The translations under genes and the position numbers were made by a program. A stretch of 64,000 nucleotides of DNA from Roseibium sp. (GTDB taxonomy: Bacteria > Pseudomonadota > Alphaproteobacteria > Rhizobiales > Stappiaceae), in the NCBI RefSeq assembly GCF_048261595.1, contig NZ_JBLXFW010000007.1:6180-70179 (forward strand), written 5' to 3'. This document shows, in pieces, positions 37,045 to 47,072 of this stretch (positions within the stretch are counted from its first letter, which is position 1; each line of letters starts with the position of its first letter). The notes beneath the pieces were generated by a model, which was given only the letters and a program-made list of their open reading frames with translations, made no database searches and was not told the origin of the DNA.

Positions 37045-37059
37045 GAACAAAAAAGGTAC
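37045..37059. promoter_or_regulatory. LexA box proximal to recA
   Basis: GAAC-AAAAAAG-GTAC (GAAC-N7-GTAC). Confidence 0.85.
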
Positions 37060-37110
37060 AAATGCGCAGTTTGAAATGGCGGGTCCATCGTGGAATAAGG
37101 AGCGCAAGCC

Positions 37111-38187
37111 ATGTCGCAAAGTTCACTTCGTCTCGTAGAAAGCAGCCAGATGGATAAGACCAAGGCGCTCGACGCAGCGCTGTCGCAAATCGAACGGGCC
37201 TTCGGTAAGGGCTCCATCATGAAAATGGGCCAGGGTCAGGCCGTGGAGGTCCAGTCGGTTTCCACCGGGTCGCTCGGGCTCGATATCGCCCTTGGCATCG
37301 GCGGCCTTCCGCGTGGCCGCATCGTCGAGGTCTACGGTCCGGAATCCTCGGGCAAGACGACCCTTGCGCTTCACACGGTTGCGGAAGCCCAGAAGAAGGG
37401 CGGCATTTGCGCCTTTGTCGATGCGGAACATGCGCTCGACCCGATCTATGCCCGCAAGCTCGGCGTCAACATTGATGATCTCCTGATCTCCCAGCCGGAT
37501 GCAGGTGAGCAGGCGCTTGAGATTGCCGACACGCTGGTGCGGTCCGGCGCGATCGACGTTCTGGTGATCGACTCGGTCGCCGCCCTGACGCCGAAGGCCG
37601 AGCTGGAAGGTGAAATGGGCGACAGCCTGCCAGGCATGCAGGCACGTCTGATGAGCCAGGCGCTGCGCAAACTGACCGCCTCGATCTCCAAGTCGAACTG
37701 CATGGTGATCTTCATCAACCAGATTCGCATGAAGATCGGCGTGATGTTCGGTTCTCCCGAGACCACCACGGGCGGTAATGCTCTCAAGTTCTATGCGTCC
37801 GTGCGCCTCGATATCCGCCGTATCGGTGCGATCAAGGACCGTGACGAGGTCGTCGGCAACCAGACCCGCGTCAAGGTGGTGAAGAACAAGCTCGCTCCTC
37901 CGTTCCGTCAGGTCGAATTCGACATCATTTACGGCGAAGGGGTCTCCAAGATGGGCGAGCTCATCGACCTTGGCGTCAAGGGTGGCATCGTGGAGAAGTC
38001 CGGCGCGTGGTTCTCCTACAACAGCCAACGCCTCGGACAGGGCCGCGAAAACTCAAAGCAGTTCCTGCGGGAAAACCCGGAAATCGCTGATGAGATCGAA
38101 CTGGCCATCCGCCAGAACGCCGGCCTCATCGCCGACAAGATCATCGATCCTGACGGCAGCGAGGACGAGGGCGACATGGACGCCTGA
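37111..38187 (+). CDS. recA: Recombinase RecA
   Basis: [35 protein letters not shown]. Confidence 0.99.
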   Translation: MSQSSLRLVESSQMDKTKALDAALSQIERAFGKGSIMKMGQGQAVEVQSVSTGSLGLDIALGIGGLPRGRIVEVYGPESSGKTTLALHTVAEAQKKGGICAFVDAEHALDPIYARKLGVNIDDLLISQPDAGEQALEIADTLVRSGAIDVLVIDSVAALTPKAELEGEMGDSLPGMQARLMSQALRKLTASISKSNCMVIFINQIRMKIGVMFGSPETTTGGNALKFYASVRLDIRRIGAIKDRDEVVGNQTRVKVVKNKLAPPFRQVEFDIIYGEGVSKMGELIDLGVKGGIVEKSGAWFSYNSQRLGQGRENSKQFLRENPEIADEIELAIRQNAGLIADKIIDPDGSEDEGDMDA

Positions 38188-38267
38188 TCGTCCTGCACTC
38201 TGCCTCTGTCCGGGCATTTGTGCCCGGTCACTTCGGATTTTGACCCCTTTGAACCAAGCTGGTTACG

Positions 38268-38300
38268 ACCCCTTCGCCTTGTCTGAGGCGAGGGGGTTTT
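38268..38300 (+). terminator. recA terminator
   Basis: ACCCCTTCGCCT/AGGCGAGGGGGT stem followed by TTT. Confidence 0.7.
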
Positions 38301-38531
38301 GCATTTCGGCAGCGCTTTTGCGACGTCGCTTTTGACTTGCCCGCATGCGTCGCGCGCTGCCGGTGCCGACATCCCTTGAAAACCGGCGTTTCTTCGCCTT
38401 TGCCGTTCTGGACACGTTCAATCGGGCCGGATAAAAGGCTGGTTCGACCGGGACGGGAGACAGTCTCAGTTCCGGCCCCAAGATTGACCGCCCCGACCCA
38501 ACGGGCAGGCAGGACCGAGGCAGACCACCGC

Positions 38532-41192
38532 ATGACCGGCGTGAATGAAATCAGATCCGCGTTTCTGGACTATTTTGCCAAGAACGACCACCAGGTCGTC
38601 GAGTCCGGACCGCTGGTTCCGCGCAACGATCCAACCCTCATGTTCACCAATGCGGGCATGGTTCAGTTCAAGAACGTGTTCACGGGCCTTGAAAAGCGCG
38701 ATTATTCCCGCGCAACCACATCCCAGAAAGTCGTGCGCGCCGGCGGCAAGCACAACGACCTGGACAACGTCGGCTACACGGCCCGCCACCACACGTTCTT
38801 CGAGATGCTGGGCAACTTCTCCTTTGGTGACTACTTCAAGGACCGGGCCATCGAGCTGGCCTGGAACCTGATCACCAAGGAGTACGGCCTGCCGAAGGAC
38901 AAGTTGCTGGTCACGGTCTACTCGGAAGACCAGGAAGCAGCGGACCTCTGGAAGAAGATCGCCGGGCTTGGCGAAGACCGGATCATCAAGATCCCGACCT
39001 CCGACAACTTCTGGACCATGGGCGATACCGGTCCCTGCGGTCCGTGTTCGGAAATCTTCTACGACCACGGCGACCACATCTGGGGCGGACCTCCGGGATC
39101 GCCGGAAGAAGACGGCGACCGCTTCATCGAGATCTGGAACCTGGTCTTCATGCAGTATGAGCAGACCAAGGAAGCCCGTCTCGACCTGCCGCGGCCGTCC
39201 ATCGATACCGGCATGGGCCTTGAGCGTATCGCCGCCGTCATGCAGGGCGTTCACGACAACTATGACATCGACCTGTTCAAGGCGCTGATCGGCGCGTCGG
39301 TCCATGCGACCGGTGTCGAAGCGGAAGGTGCCGCGCGCGCCAGCCACCGGGTCATTGCCGATCACCTTCGTTCGACCAGCTTCCTGATCGCGGACGGTGT
39401 CCTGCCGTCCAACGAAGGGCGCGGTTATGTCCTGCGCCGCATCATGCGCCGCGGGATGCGTCATGCCCATCTGCTCGGTGCGAGCGAGCCGCTCATGTGG
39501 AAGCTGGTTCCGGCCTTGATCCGCGAAATGGGCCGGGCATATCCGGAACTGGTGCGGGCAGAAGCGCTGATCACCGAGACGCTGAAGCTTGAGGAGACCC
39601 GTTTCCGCAAGACCCTTGAGCGTGGCCTTGGCCTGCTCGACACGGCGACCGACGGCTTGTCCGAAGGCGGTGAACTGGATGGCGAGACAGCCTTCAAGCT
39701 TTACGACACCTACGGCTTCCCGCTCGATCTGACCCAGGACGCGCTGCGTGCCCGTGGCATCACCGTCGACACCGGCGGTTTCGACGCTGCGATGGAGCGG
39801 CAGAAGGCCGAGGCCCGTGCCGCTTGGTCCGGGTCGGGCGAGGCTGCGACCGAGACCGTATGGTTTGCGCTCAAGGAAAAGCTCGGCGCGACCGAATTCC
39901 TCGGCTACGACGCGGAAAGCGCCGAGGGCGTCGTCACGGCGCTTGTCGCCGATGGCGCCGAAGTCAACGAGATCACGGCAGGTCAATCCGGCGCCATGAT
40001 CGTCAACCAGACGCCGTTCTACGGCGAATCCGGCGGTCAGGTCGGTGACACCGGCGTCGCGATTGCGGACGGCCTGAAGGTGCGCGTGACCGACGTTCAG
40101 AAGAAGGCCGATGGGCTGTTCGTCCATCTGGTGAGTGTCGAGGAAGGCAAGCTGACCCTGAACCGCGCGGTCCAGTTGACGGTGGATCATACGCGCCGGG
40201 GCGCCGTGCGGTCGAACCATTCGGCCACTCACCTTCTGCATGAGGCGCTGCGCGAAGTGCTCGGCAGCCACGTGGCTCAGAAAGGCTCAATGGTCACCCC
40301 GGACCGCCTGCGCTTCGATTTCTCGCATCCCAAGCCGATGGAAGGCGACGAGCTTGCGATCGTGGAGGCTTACGCCAACGAAATCGTGCTCCAGAACGCA
40401 CCCGTCGAAACCCGCCTGATGGCTGTCGACGAGGCCATCGAAAGCGGAGCCATGGCGCTTTTCGGCGAAAAATATGGCGATGAAGTCCGCGTTGTGACCA
40501 TGGGCACCGCGCTTCATGGCAACAAGGCCGGCAAGGCCTACTCGGTCGAACTTTGCGGTGGCACCCACGTCAGCCGCACCGGCGATATCGGGCTTGTCAC
40601 CCTGGTCAATGAAGGTGCCGTTGCCGCAGGCGTTCGCCGCATCGAGGCGCTGACCGGTCAGGCCGCGCGCGCATACCTGGACCAGCAGGACAAGCGGGTT
40701 CGCGAACTCGCCAGCCTCCTCAAGGTCGGTGCAGGTGATGTCACAGCCCGCGTGGCCCAGCTTGTGGACGACCGCAAGCGGCTGGAAAAGGAACTGGCGG
40801 ACGCCAAGAAGAAGCTTGCCATGGGCGGCGGCGGCGAAGGTGGCGGAGCAGCCGTCAAGGACGCCGGTTCGTTCAAGCTCATGGCCCGCACCGTGGAAGG
40901 CATCAACCCGAAGGACCTGAAGGGCATGGCCGATGAAGCCAAGACCCAGCTCGGCTCCGGCGTCGTGGTGCTGATCAACGTTGCCGAAGACGGCAAGGCC
41001 GCCATCGTGACTGCGGTGACCAAGGATCTGACCGAGAAGGTAAGTGCTGTCGATCTGGTTCGTATCGGCTCGGAGGCTCTTGGCGGCCGGGGCGGCGGCG
41101 GACGTCCGGACATGGCGCAGGCCGGCGGCCCGGACGGAGACAAGGCGGACACCGCGATCTCCGCGATCGAGGCCCATCTGTCGGCTCTCTGA
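38532..41192 (+). CDS. alaS: Alanine--tRNA ligase
   Basis: [54 protein letters not shown]. Confidence 0.99.
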   Translation: MTGVNEIRSAFLDYFAKNDHQVVESGPLVPRNDPTLMFTNAGMVQFKNVFTGLEKRDYSRATTSQKVVRAGGKHNDLDNVGYTARHHTFFEMLGNFSFGDYFKDRAIELAWNLITKEYGLPKDKLLVTVYSEDQEAADLWKKIAGLGEDRIIKIPTSDNFWTMGDTGPCGPCSEIFYDHGDHIWGGPPGSPEEDGDRFIEIWNLVFMQYEQTKEARLDLPRPSIDTGMGLERIAAVMQGVHDNYDIDLFKALIGASVHATGVEAEGAARASHRVIADHLRSTSFLIADGVLPSNEGRGYVLRRIMRRGMRHAHLLGASEPLMWKLVPALIREMGRAYPELVRAEALITETLKLEETRFRKTLERGLGLLDTATDGLSEGGELDGETAFKLYDTYGFPLDLTQDALRARGITVDTGGFDAAMERQKAEARAAWSGSGEAATETVWFALKEKLGATEFLGYDAESAEGVVTALVADGAEVNEITAGQSGAMIVNQTPFYGESGGQVGDTGVAIADGLKVRVTDVQKKADGLFVHLVSVEEGKLTLNRAVQLTVDHTRRGAVRSNHSATHLLHEALREVLGSHVAQKGSMVTPDRLRFDFSHPKPMEGDELAIVEAYANEIVLQNAPVETRLMAVDEAIESGAMALFGEKYGDEVRVVTMGTALHGNKAGKAYSVELCGGTHVSRTGDIGLVTLVNEGAVAAGVRRIEALTGQAARAYLDQQDKRVRELASLLKVGAGDVTARVAQLVDDRKRLEKELADAKKKLAMGGGGEGGGAAVKDAGSFKLMARTVEGINPKDLKGMADEAKTQLGSGVVVLINVAEDGKAAIVTAVTKDLTEKVSAVDLVRIGSEALGGRGGGGRPDMAQAGGPDGDKADTAISAIEAHLSAL

Positions 41193-41248
41193 TTTTCCGG
41201 CATCGCGCCATGAACGGCAAAAACTGACTTTGCGTCTTTAAGGATTAA

Positions 41249-41281
41249 TAAGACCCCGCGGATAGGCTCCGCGGGGTCTTA
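41249..41281 (+). terminator. alaS terminator
   Basis: TAAGACCCCGCGGA-TAGGC-TCCGCGGGGTCTTA followed by TGTTTTT. Confidence 0.8.
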
Positions 41282-41351
41282 TGTTTTTCGTGCGGAGTAG
41301 AATGGCCCAGACGGACAGGATTTCGGCTATCGCAGCAAGCGGCGTTTTTTC

Positions 41352-42620
41352 ATGGACGTGATGCTATCCGTGCCTGCCGGGCTTGTCTGCCTCGGTGCCG
41401 TCTTCGCCCTTTTGCTGGCCGCGACCTGGCGCCGTGTGGTGGCGGGCGAAAACTCGACCTCCGCTGTCTCGTGGGCTTTGGCGTTCTGGGCTCCTGCTTT
41501 CGGCATTCTCGTGATCGGTGTTCATGCGCTTGTGAGCGGGTGGACGGGAGCCGATGGAAATGCGCTGGAGATCGCAGGCTATCGCTGGCGCGGGGACGAA
41601 CCCGGCTACATGCTGATCCTTGCCGGTTTCGGATATGCCTGGCGCGGAACCCGCGCCTTTTATGGCAAGAGTGGAAGGTGGTGGCTGGTCGGCGCCTTGA
41701 TTGCAACGCTGCTGGCGCTTCAACCCGTCTTCGGCGGGAGCGGCCATGGCGCAGCGCTGGTGCGTGAACTCTATCTCCTGCTCGGGGCCGCGCTGTTCCT
41801 TCATCTTGCCGTCATCGAGCTGGAAAACGGCCGCTGCACCGAACCCTTGAAAAGCGCCGGCGATGCCATCCTCGTCTGCAAGAGCTTCAGCTTCACGCTT
41901 GTTGCGGTGGTGCCTTTCGCTGTGTGGCAACCCCTGACGCTGAGGGCGCTCGGCGATGGCGGCCCGGTCTGGCTGTTCGCCTGGCTGGTTCTCGTGCTGA
42001 TTCATCTGGTTGCTGCCCCGCTTGTGGCGCTGCAGCTCGCGCGGGAACGGGCTGATCTGCGCCTCCATGTGTTCCGGACCGAAGACGAGCTGACAGGACT
42101 GAATACACGCCATGCCTTCATAGAAGCCGTCGAGGCCGACCTGAAGCGCGACGATCATTTCGCCGGCGCCTTCCTTGTGCTGCAGGTGGATGATTTCCGC
42201 GAGATCACGGATAATCATGGCCGCAAGGACGGAGATCTGGTGCTGGTAGCATTTGCCGGCTTCCTGAGAACCGTGGCGGGGGAGACAATGACCTGCGCAA
42301 GGTTGGGAGAAGCCGAGTTCGGGCTCTATATTCCGGGGCTTGCCGGAAAGCCGGTCGAACTGCTTGCGCAGCAACTGTGCCTTGGCACATGCCTCCTGAA
42401 GCCGGAACTGGACGAAAAGCCTTTCAGCCTTTCGGTCAGCATCGGTTTTTCCGATACGGAGCGCTCCGGCCGGGACTTCGACACGCTGTACGCCCATGCC
42501 AATTGCGGCCTGCATGAAGCGCGCAGGCGGGGCGGGAACGGCTGCTGTGCCTACTCGCCGGACCTGAAGGTCAAGGATTTCCAGTCGTCCATGCGCAAGG
42601 CCCTTCGCCTTATCGCCTGA
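41352..42620 (+). CDS. Membrane protein with a degenerate GGDEF domain
   Basis: Several TM helices; DELTGLNTRHAF, VDDFREITDNHG, RLGEAEF in place of GGDEF, SVSIG, LHEARRRGGN. Confidence 0.85.
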   Translation: MDVMLSVPAGLVCLGAVFALLLAATWRRVVAGENSTSAVSWALAFWAPAFGILVIGVHALVSGWTGADGNALEIAGYRWRGDEPGYMLILAGFGYAWRGTRAFYGKSGRWWLVGALIATLLALQPVFGGSGHGAALVRELYLLLGAALFLHLAVIELENGRCTEPLKSAGDAILVCKSFSFTLVAVVPFAVWQPLTLRALGDGGPVWLFAWLVLVLIHLVAAPLVALQLARERADLRLHVFRTEDELTGLNTRHAFIEAVEADLKRDDHFAGAFLVLQVDDFREITDNHGRKDGDLVLVAFAGFLRTVAGETMTCARLGEAEFGLYIPGLAGKPVELLAQQLCLGTCLLKPELDEKPFSLSVSIGFSDTERSGRDFDTLYAHANCGLHEARRRGGNGCCAYSPDLKVKDFQSSMRKALRLIA

Positions 42621-42681
42621 CCCTGCCGGATGTTCCGCGTAAACGCGGACACCTTTGCGCTCATTTTCTCATCATGTATTG

Positions 42682-44085
42682 ATGAGCGAACGCACGCATG
42701 GGACGGGCCCGGGTTTGACCACAGACAAGACCTTAAAATACCACCTCTATCACCTGTTCGAGGAAACCGCCGTCAACCGGGTGGCGTCGCAGTTCATCCA
42801 GCAGGCCCTGGTGATGCTGATTGTCGTCAACGTCGTGCTGGCCGTGATTGAAACGCTGCCCGCGGTGAGAGAGGCCCATGGCGGCCTCATGTCCCGGATC
42901 CAGATCGTTTCGGGAACAATCTTTCTTCTGGAGTATTTGGTCCGGCTCTATGTTGCCGACATGCACCCGCCGTTGCGGCGCTACGGACCGCTCGGTGCCC
43001 GGCTGCGCTATGCGGTCCAGCCCGATGCCATCATCGACCTGATCGCGGCCCTGCCTCTGGTGATGGTGCTGCTGCTGCCGACCAACGCGGTGACCGTCAT
43101 CGTCATCCTCCGGCTTCTGAGGTTCCTGAAGCTCGCGCGCTACTCGCCCGCGATCCGCTCGTTGTTGCAGGCGCTGGCCAGCGAACGCTGGGCGCTCATG
43201 GGTGCAACGCTGATCGTCTCGGGCGTCATTCTGCTTGCCGCCACCGTCATGCATCTTGTTGAAGGCGAGGCCCAGCCGGACAAGTTCCAGAGCATTCCCC
43301 ATGCCATGTGGTGGGCAATTGCGACGGTGACGACGGTGGGATATGGCGACGTCGTACCGGTCACCGGGCTTGGGAAGATGATCGGCAGCTTCTTCATGCT
43401 GCTCGGTTACGGACTTATCGCGCTGCCGGTGGGCATTATCGCCTCGGCATTTGCCCGTGAAATGCACAGCCGCGACTTCGTCGTAAGCTGGTCGATGGTG
43501 GCGCGGGTGCCGATCTTCGAGGATCTCAAGGCCGCCGAAATCGCCGAGGTTGCCAAGCTGCTCCGCGCCCAGAAGGTCAAGGCGGGCTCCGTGATCGCCG
43601 ACAAGGGCGATGTCGCGGACAGGATGTTCTTCATCTCCGAAGGCAATATCGAGATCGAGCTCGGTCACAAGACTGTCTATCTGGATGCAGGCGATTTCTT
43701 CGGGGAGCTGTCGATGATCCACCAACGGCCCCGCACGGCGCGAATCAAGGCGTTCCACGACACGGAACTGCTGGTTCTGGAGGCCCAGTCCCTGCACCAC
43801 CTCATGGAGAAGAAGCCGGATCTGGCGGCGAAGATCCTTGCCGAAGCCGGCCGTCGCCACGCGGAAACCCTGAACGCCATGGGCGACCTTGTTTCCGAGG
43901 AAATCGCCCAGGCCGACGTGGTGCAGGAAGACGAGAATTCGTCTGACGAGCCTGAGCTTTTTGTCGGCAAGGAGGATCGCGCGGACGGGACCGCGGGTGA
44001 AGAATTCGATGGCGCTGCCTCGCAGGGAGACGGCGACGCAGGTGACAGTGCGGAGACCCGAGAGACCGGGAACCGGTCATCGTAA
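42682..44085 (+). CDS. Cyclic nucleotide-gated potassium channel
   Basis: S4 segment ILRLLRFLKLARY, filter TTVGYGD, cNMP-binding domain FFGELS...RTA; acidic tail. Confidence 0.92.
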   Translation: MSERTHGTGPGLTTDKTLKYHLYHLFEETAVNRVASQFIQQALVMLIVVNVVLAVIETLPAVREAHGGLMSRIQIVSGTIFLLEYLVRLYVADMHPPLRRYGPLGARLRYAVQPDAIIDLIAALPLVMVLLLPTNAVTVIVILRLLRFLKLARYSPAIRSLLQALASERWALMGATLIVSGVILLAATVMHLVEGEAQPDKFQSIPHAMWWAIATVTTVGYGDVVPVTGLGKMIGSFFMLLGYGLIALPVGIIASAFAREMHSRDFVVSWSMVARVPIFEDLKAAEIAEVAKLLRAQKVKAGSVIADKGDVADRMFFISEGNIEIELGHKTVYLDAGDFFGELSMIHQRPRTARIKAFHDTELLVLEAQSLHHLMEKKPDLAAKILAEAGRRHAETLNAMGDLVSEEIAQADVVQEDENSSDEPELFVGKEDRADGTAGEEFDGAASQGDGDAGDSAETRETGNRSS

Positions 44086-44132
44086 GACTGGCCGATCGGT
44101 CTGCATTTGAGATCCGATCTGAAGCGGCCATG

Positions 44133-44157
44133 AAAAAAGGCGGCCCGTAGGCCGCCT
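44133..44157 (-). terminator. Terminator of icd (convergent with the channel gene)
   Basis: AGGCGGCC-CGTA-GGCCGCCT with an A-run on +, i.e. a T-run on -. Confidence 0.75.
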
Positions 44158-44189
44158 GCAAGGTGTTTGGGAGGAGGTTATTCGAGGCT

Positions 44190-45404
44190 TCAGACGCCCA
44201 TCGCCCTGGCAAGGTTTTCGTCGATCTTGTCGAGAAAGCCGGTTGTCGTCATCCAGCCCTGATCCGGTCCGACCAGAAGCGCCAGATCCTTGGTCATGTA
44301 GCCGCTTTCAACCGTATCGATACAGACCGTCTCGAGCGTCTTGGCGAAGCGTGCTAGCTGGTCGTTGCCATCGAGCTTGGCACGGTGGGCAAGCCCCCGG
44401 GTCCAGGCGAAGATAGAGGCGATGGAGTTGGTCGAAGTGCTCTCGCCCTTCTGGTGCTGGCGGTAGTGGCGGGTAACCGTGCCGTGCGCCGCTTCCGCTT
44501 CCACGGTCCGGCCATCCGGAGACATGAGAACGGATGTCATCAGGCCGAGGGAGCCGAAGCCTTGCGCCACCGTGTCGGACTGGACATCGCCATCGTAGTT
44601 CTTGCAGGCCCAGACATAACCGCCCGACCATTTCAGCGCGCTGGCGACCATATCGTCGATCAGGCGGTGCTCGTACCAGATGCCGGCATCGGCGAACCTG
44701 TCCTTGAACTCCGCCTCGTAGATTTCCTGGAACAGGTCCTTGAAACGGCCGTCATAGGCTTTCAGAATCGTGTTCTTGGTCGACAGGTAGCAGGGCACCT
44801 TGCGGTTCAGCGCATAGTTCATCGAGGCCCGGGCGAAATCGCGGATCGAGTCGTCCAGGTTATACATGGCCATGGCGACCCCGGAGGAGGGGGCGTCGAA
44901 GACATCGCGTTCGATGGTCTGGCCGTCTTCTCCGACGAACTTGATGGTCAGCTTGCCCTTGCCGGGGAAAGTAAAGTCGGTGGCGCGGTACTGGTCGCCA
45001 TAGGCGTGGCGGCCGACGATGATCGGCTGGGTCCAGCCCGGCACCAGGCGCGGTACGTTCTGCATGATGATCGGCTCGCGAAAGATCACGCCGCCAAGAA
45101 TATTGCGGATGGTGCCGTTCGGAGAGCGGTACATGCGCTTGAGGCCGAATTCTTCGACACGGGCCTCATCCGGGGTGATCGTCGCACATTTCACGCCGAC
45201 GCCGTGCTTCTTGATTGCCTCTGCCGCATCAACGGTGATCTGGTCGTCGGTCTCGTCGCGCTTCTGGATCGACAGGTCGTAATAGTCCAGATCGATGTCG
45301 AGGTACGGATGGATCAGCTTGTCCTTGATGAACTGCCAAATGATCCGGGTCATCTCGTCGCCATCGATATCGACAACCGGGTTCGCTACCTTGATCTTCG
45401 CCAT
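44190..45404 (-). CDS. icd: NADP-dependent isocitrate dehydrogenase, dimeric (eukaryote-like) type
   Basis: [45 protein letters not shown]; 404 aa. Confidence 0.97.
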   Translation of the reverse strand: MAKIKVANPVVDIDGDEMTRIIWQFIKDKLIHPYLDIDLDYYDLSIQKRDETDDQITVDAAEAIKKHGVGVKCATITPDEARVEEFGLKRMYRSPNGTIRNILGGVIFREPIIMQNVPRLVPGWTQPIIVGRHAYGDQYRATDFTFPGKGKLTIKFVGEDGQTIERDVFDAPSSGVAMAMYNLDDSIRDFARASMNYALNRKVPCYLSTKNTILKAYDGRFKDLFQEIYEAEFKDRFADAGIWYEHRLIDDMVASALKWSGGYVWACKNYDGDVQSDTVAQGFGSLGLMTSVLMSPDGRTVEAEAAHGTVTRHYRQHQKGESTSTNSIASIFAWTRGLAHRAKLDGNDQLARFAKTLETVCIDTVESGYMTKDLALLVGPDQGWMTTTGFLDKIDENLARAMGV

Positions 45405-45445
45405 GGGAGGGCCTCATTCTGGGTTCGGCAATAATTGTGTGCGAT

Positions 45446-45474
45446 GGTATACAATCTTATTTTTTGCGATGCAA
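45446..45474 (-). promoter_or_regulatory. Sigma70-type promoter of icd
   Basis: Minus strand TTGCAT-N17-TATACC, about 40 bp upstream of the ATG. Confidence 0.6.
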
Positions 45475-45505
45475 CACCTGGTGCGATCGTCCCCAACGCC
45501 CCGAA

Positions 45506-45970
45506 GCGGAGCATAGCCCAGTCCACCCACCAAACGCCGTCCCGGGTTTGATCCGGGACCAGAGAGTTTGACGGGGTCAGAGCGAAGGAAACCTTGCGGT
45601 GCGAGGGTTCCCGGATCTCAGCTCCGCTTCCTCCGGGAAGGCGCAAGGGCGGATCGCCCGATCGGTTCAACTCCGAGAATGACGTGAGCATGTGGCAAAA
45701 CCACGACACCAACCCGGCCGTCATCCCGGACGCAGCGAGGCGGAGCACAGCCCAGTCCACACACCAAACGCCGTCCCGGGCTTGATCCGGGACCAGAGAG
45801 TTTGACGGGGTCAGAGCTAAGGAGACCTTGCGGTGCAAGGGTTCCCGGATCTCCGCTGCGCTTCCTCCGGGAATGCGCAAGGGCGGGTCGCCCGATTGGT
45901 TCAACTCCGAGAATGACGTGAGCATGTGGCAAAACCACGACACCAACCCGGCCGCCATCCCGGACGCAGC
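45506..45970. repeat. Two-copy 234-bp tandem duplication containing REP doublets
   Basis: GCGGAGCA..GCCCAGTCCAC..CAAACGCCGTCCCGGG starts at 45506 and again at 45740; the copies differ by scattered substitutions. Confidence 0.92.
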
Positions 45971-46402
45971 AAAGCGAAGATCCGGGACCCACTTGCAGGC
46001 CCGCGTGCTGAAGCGCTGGCGTGTTGTGACACGGCCTTCCGTACGACAATTCCTCACCTGATCCGCTCTGCAAGCGAGTGGGCCCCGGATCTCCGGCTGG
46101 GCCTTCGTCCGGGGTGACGGTGATAATGCGGAGTACAGCCCCGGCCACACGCTAGGTGCCGTCCCGGACATGATCCGGGACCAGGAAATTCGGCGGGGCA
46201 CGCAAAACGAAAGGTTGCGGCGTAAGGGTTTCCGGATCTCCGGCTACGCCGTCGTCCGGGGTGACGGAAGCATCTTTGGCAAGGGCAGGCCCCAAGCCCA
46301 GACTTGTCACCCCAGCGAAGGCTGGGGTCCAGTACGCGGAGACCTCTCAATGCAATCAACCACCGAAAGCGGATACTGGATTCCAGCCTTCGCTGGAATG
46401 AC
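45537..46402. repeat. Cluster of five REP doublets (REPIN-like, CGTC/GTCA-tagged palindromes)
   Basis: Inverted pairs such as CCGTCCCGG..GATCCGGGACC with GGTTCCCGGATCTC..CCGGG, and GTCACCCCAGCGAAGGCTGGGGTCCAG with CTGGATTCCAGCCTTCGCTGGAATGAC. Confidence 0.8.
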
Positions 46403-46620
46403 AATGGATGGGGGGCAAATTCGAATGCCGGCCTCATGCTGACAGTGAGCAGAGACTTGCGGATCGATGCAAGGGCAGTGCGGCACAGCTTTTCCTCACT
46501 CAGGACAAGGCAGCACAAGAGCTCCGAAACACCCTTGTGCCTCCTCGATTTCCCACAACCTTCTGAAATCATTGCCTCCGAAATCCTTTGTCCCCCACCC
46601 CTCTGACCTGGCTTACACTT

Positions 46621-47031
46621 GGTGCTGTTCTCGCCGTCACGGGGCCCTGAGTGGACCGACCGTTCGGGGCGGCGGGAGCCGGAGGTCAGGAGCACCTATC
46701 CGGGATAACGGACCGGTAGCGCGCTCCGGCGGATCGCTCAAGCCGAAGGCGCCACGGGTGACAGACGTGGGGCAGCCCGGTCAGAGAGGCGACGGGTCGG
46801 GGAGAATTGACAGCCCTCCCCGCAGTCCGCAGTGGCACGCGGATGGAAACCTTAGCGCTCGGCGAGATGCCTGGGACAGGCCTTCGGGCAGGCGGGACGC
46901 CTTGCCACTCACCCAACCAACCCAATTCGCCCGGCAAGCGCCGGGTGCCTGCCATCCCGTTCGGATCGAGCGGAGACACACTGCCGGAACGCCGGAGGCA
47001 AGCCTCGCGGCGCTATTTGTGCTGGTGAGGC
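46621..47031 (+). ncRNA. Candidate large structured non-coding RNA (unassigned)
   Basis: About ten helices found by eye, several with G-U pairs on + only; a C(UUCG)G tetraloop; a 7-nt loop-to-downstream complementarity; a terminal hairpin; no credible ORF. Confidence 0.5.
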
Positions 47032-47034
47032 CAA

Positions 47035-47071
47035 TTGACAGGCGAATTTATCTGACTTAAGTCAGATAAAT
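47035..47071 (+). promoter_or_regulatory. Promoter/operator of the MarR-GNAT gene
   Basis: TTGACA at 47035-47040; perfect 26-bp palindrome ATTTATCTGACTTAAGTCAGATAAAT at 47046-47071, just before the ATG. Confidence 0.8.
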
Positions 47072-47072
47072 C

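Noticed and set aside
38466-40271. 601-aa antisense ORF within alaS
   Set aside because: Shadow ORF opposite an unambiguous housekeeping gene.
45386-46201. 271-aa minus-strand ORF (and overlapping ORFs) with an internal peptide repeat
   Set aside because: The peptide repeat simply reflects the 234-bp duplication, which is a multiple of 3. The composition is atypical and the ORF lies over REP palindromes.
45506-46402. CRISPR array interpretation of the repeat cluster
   Set aside because: The repeats are inverted pairs of unequal length and sequence, the spacers are irregular and two are near-identical, and there are no cas genes. This fits REP doublets.
46621-47031. RNase P RNA, tmRNA, 6S, SRP RNA, group I/II intron or a known riboswitch
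   Set aside because: I could not find GAGGAAAGTCC (RNase P), a tRNA-like end or tag ORF, the SRP GGAAGGAAGCAG loop, GTGCG/domain V, or riboswitch cores on either strand. An Rfam search is still needed.
46467-47060. 197-aa plus-strand ORF and minus-strand ORFs over the structured region
   Set aside because: Rich in Arg/Pro/Gly/Ser, no RBS, no recognisable motif, and several frames are equally open, as is typical of GC-rich non-coding DNA.
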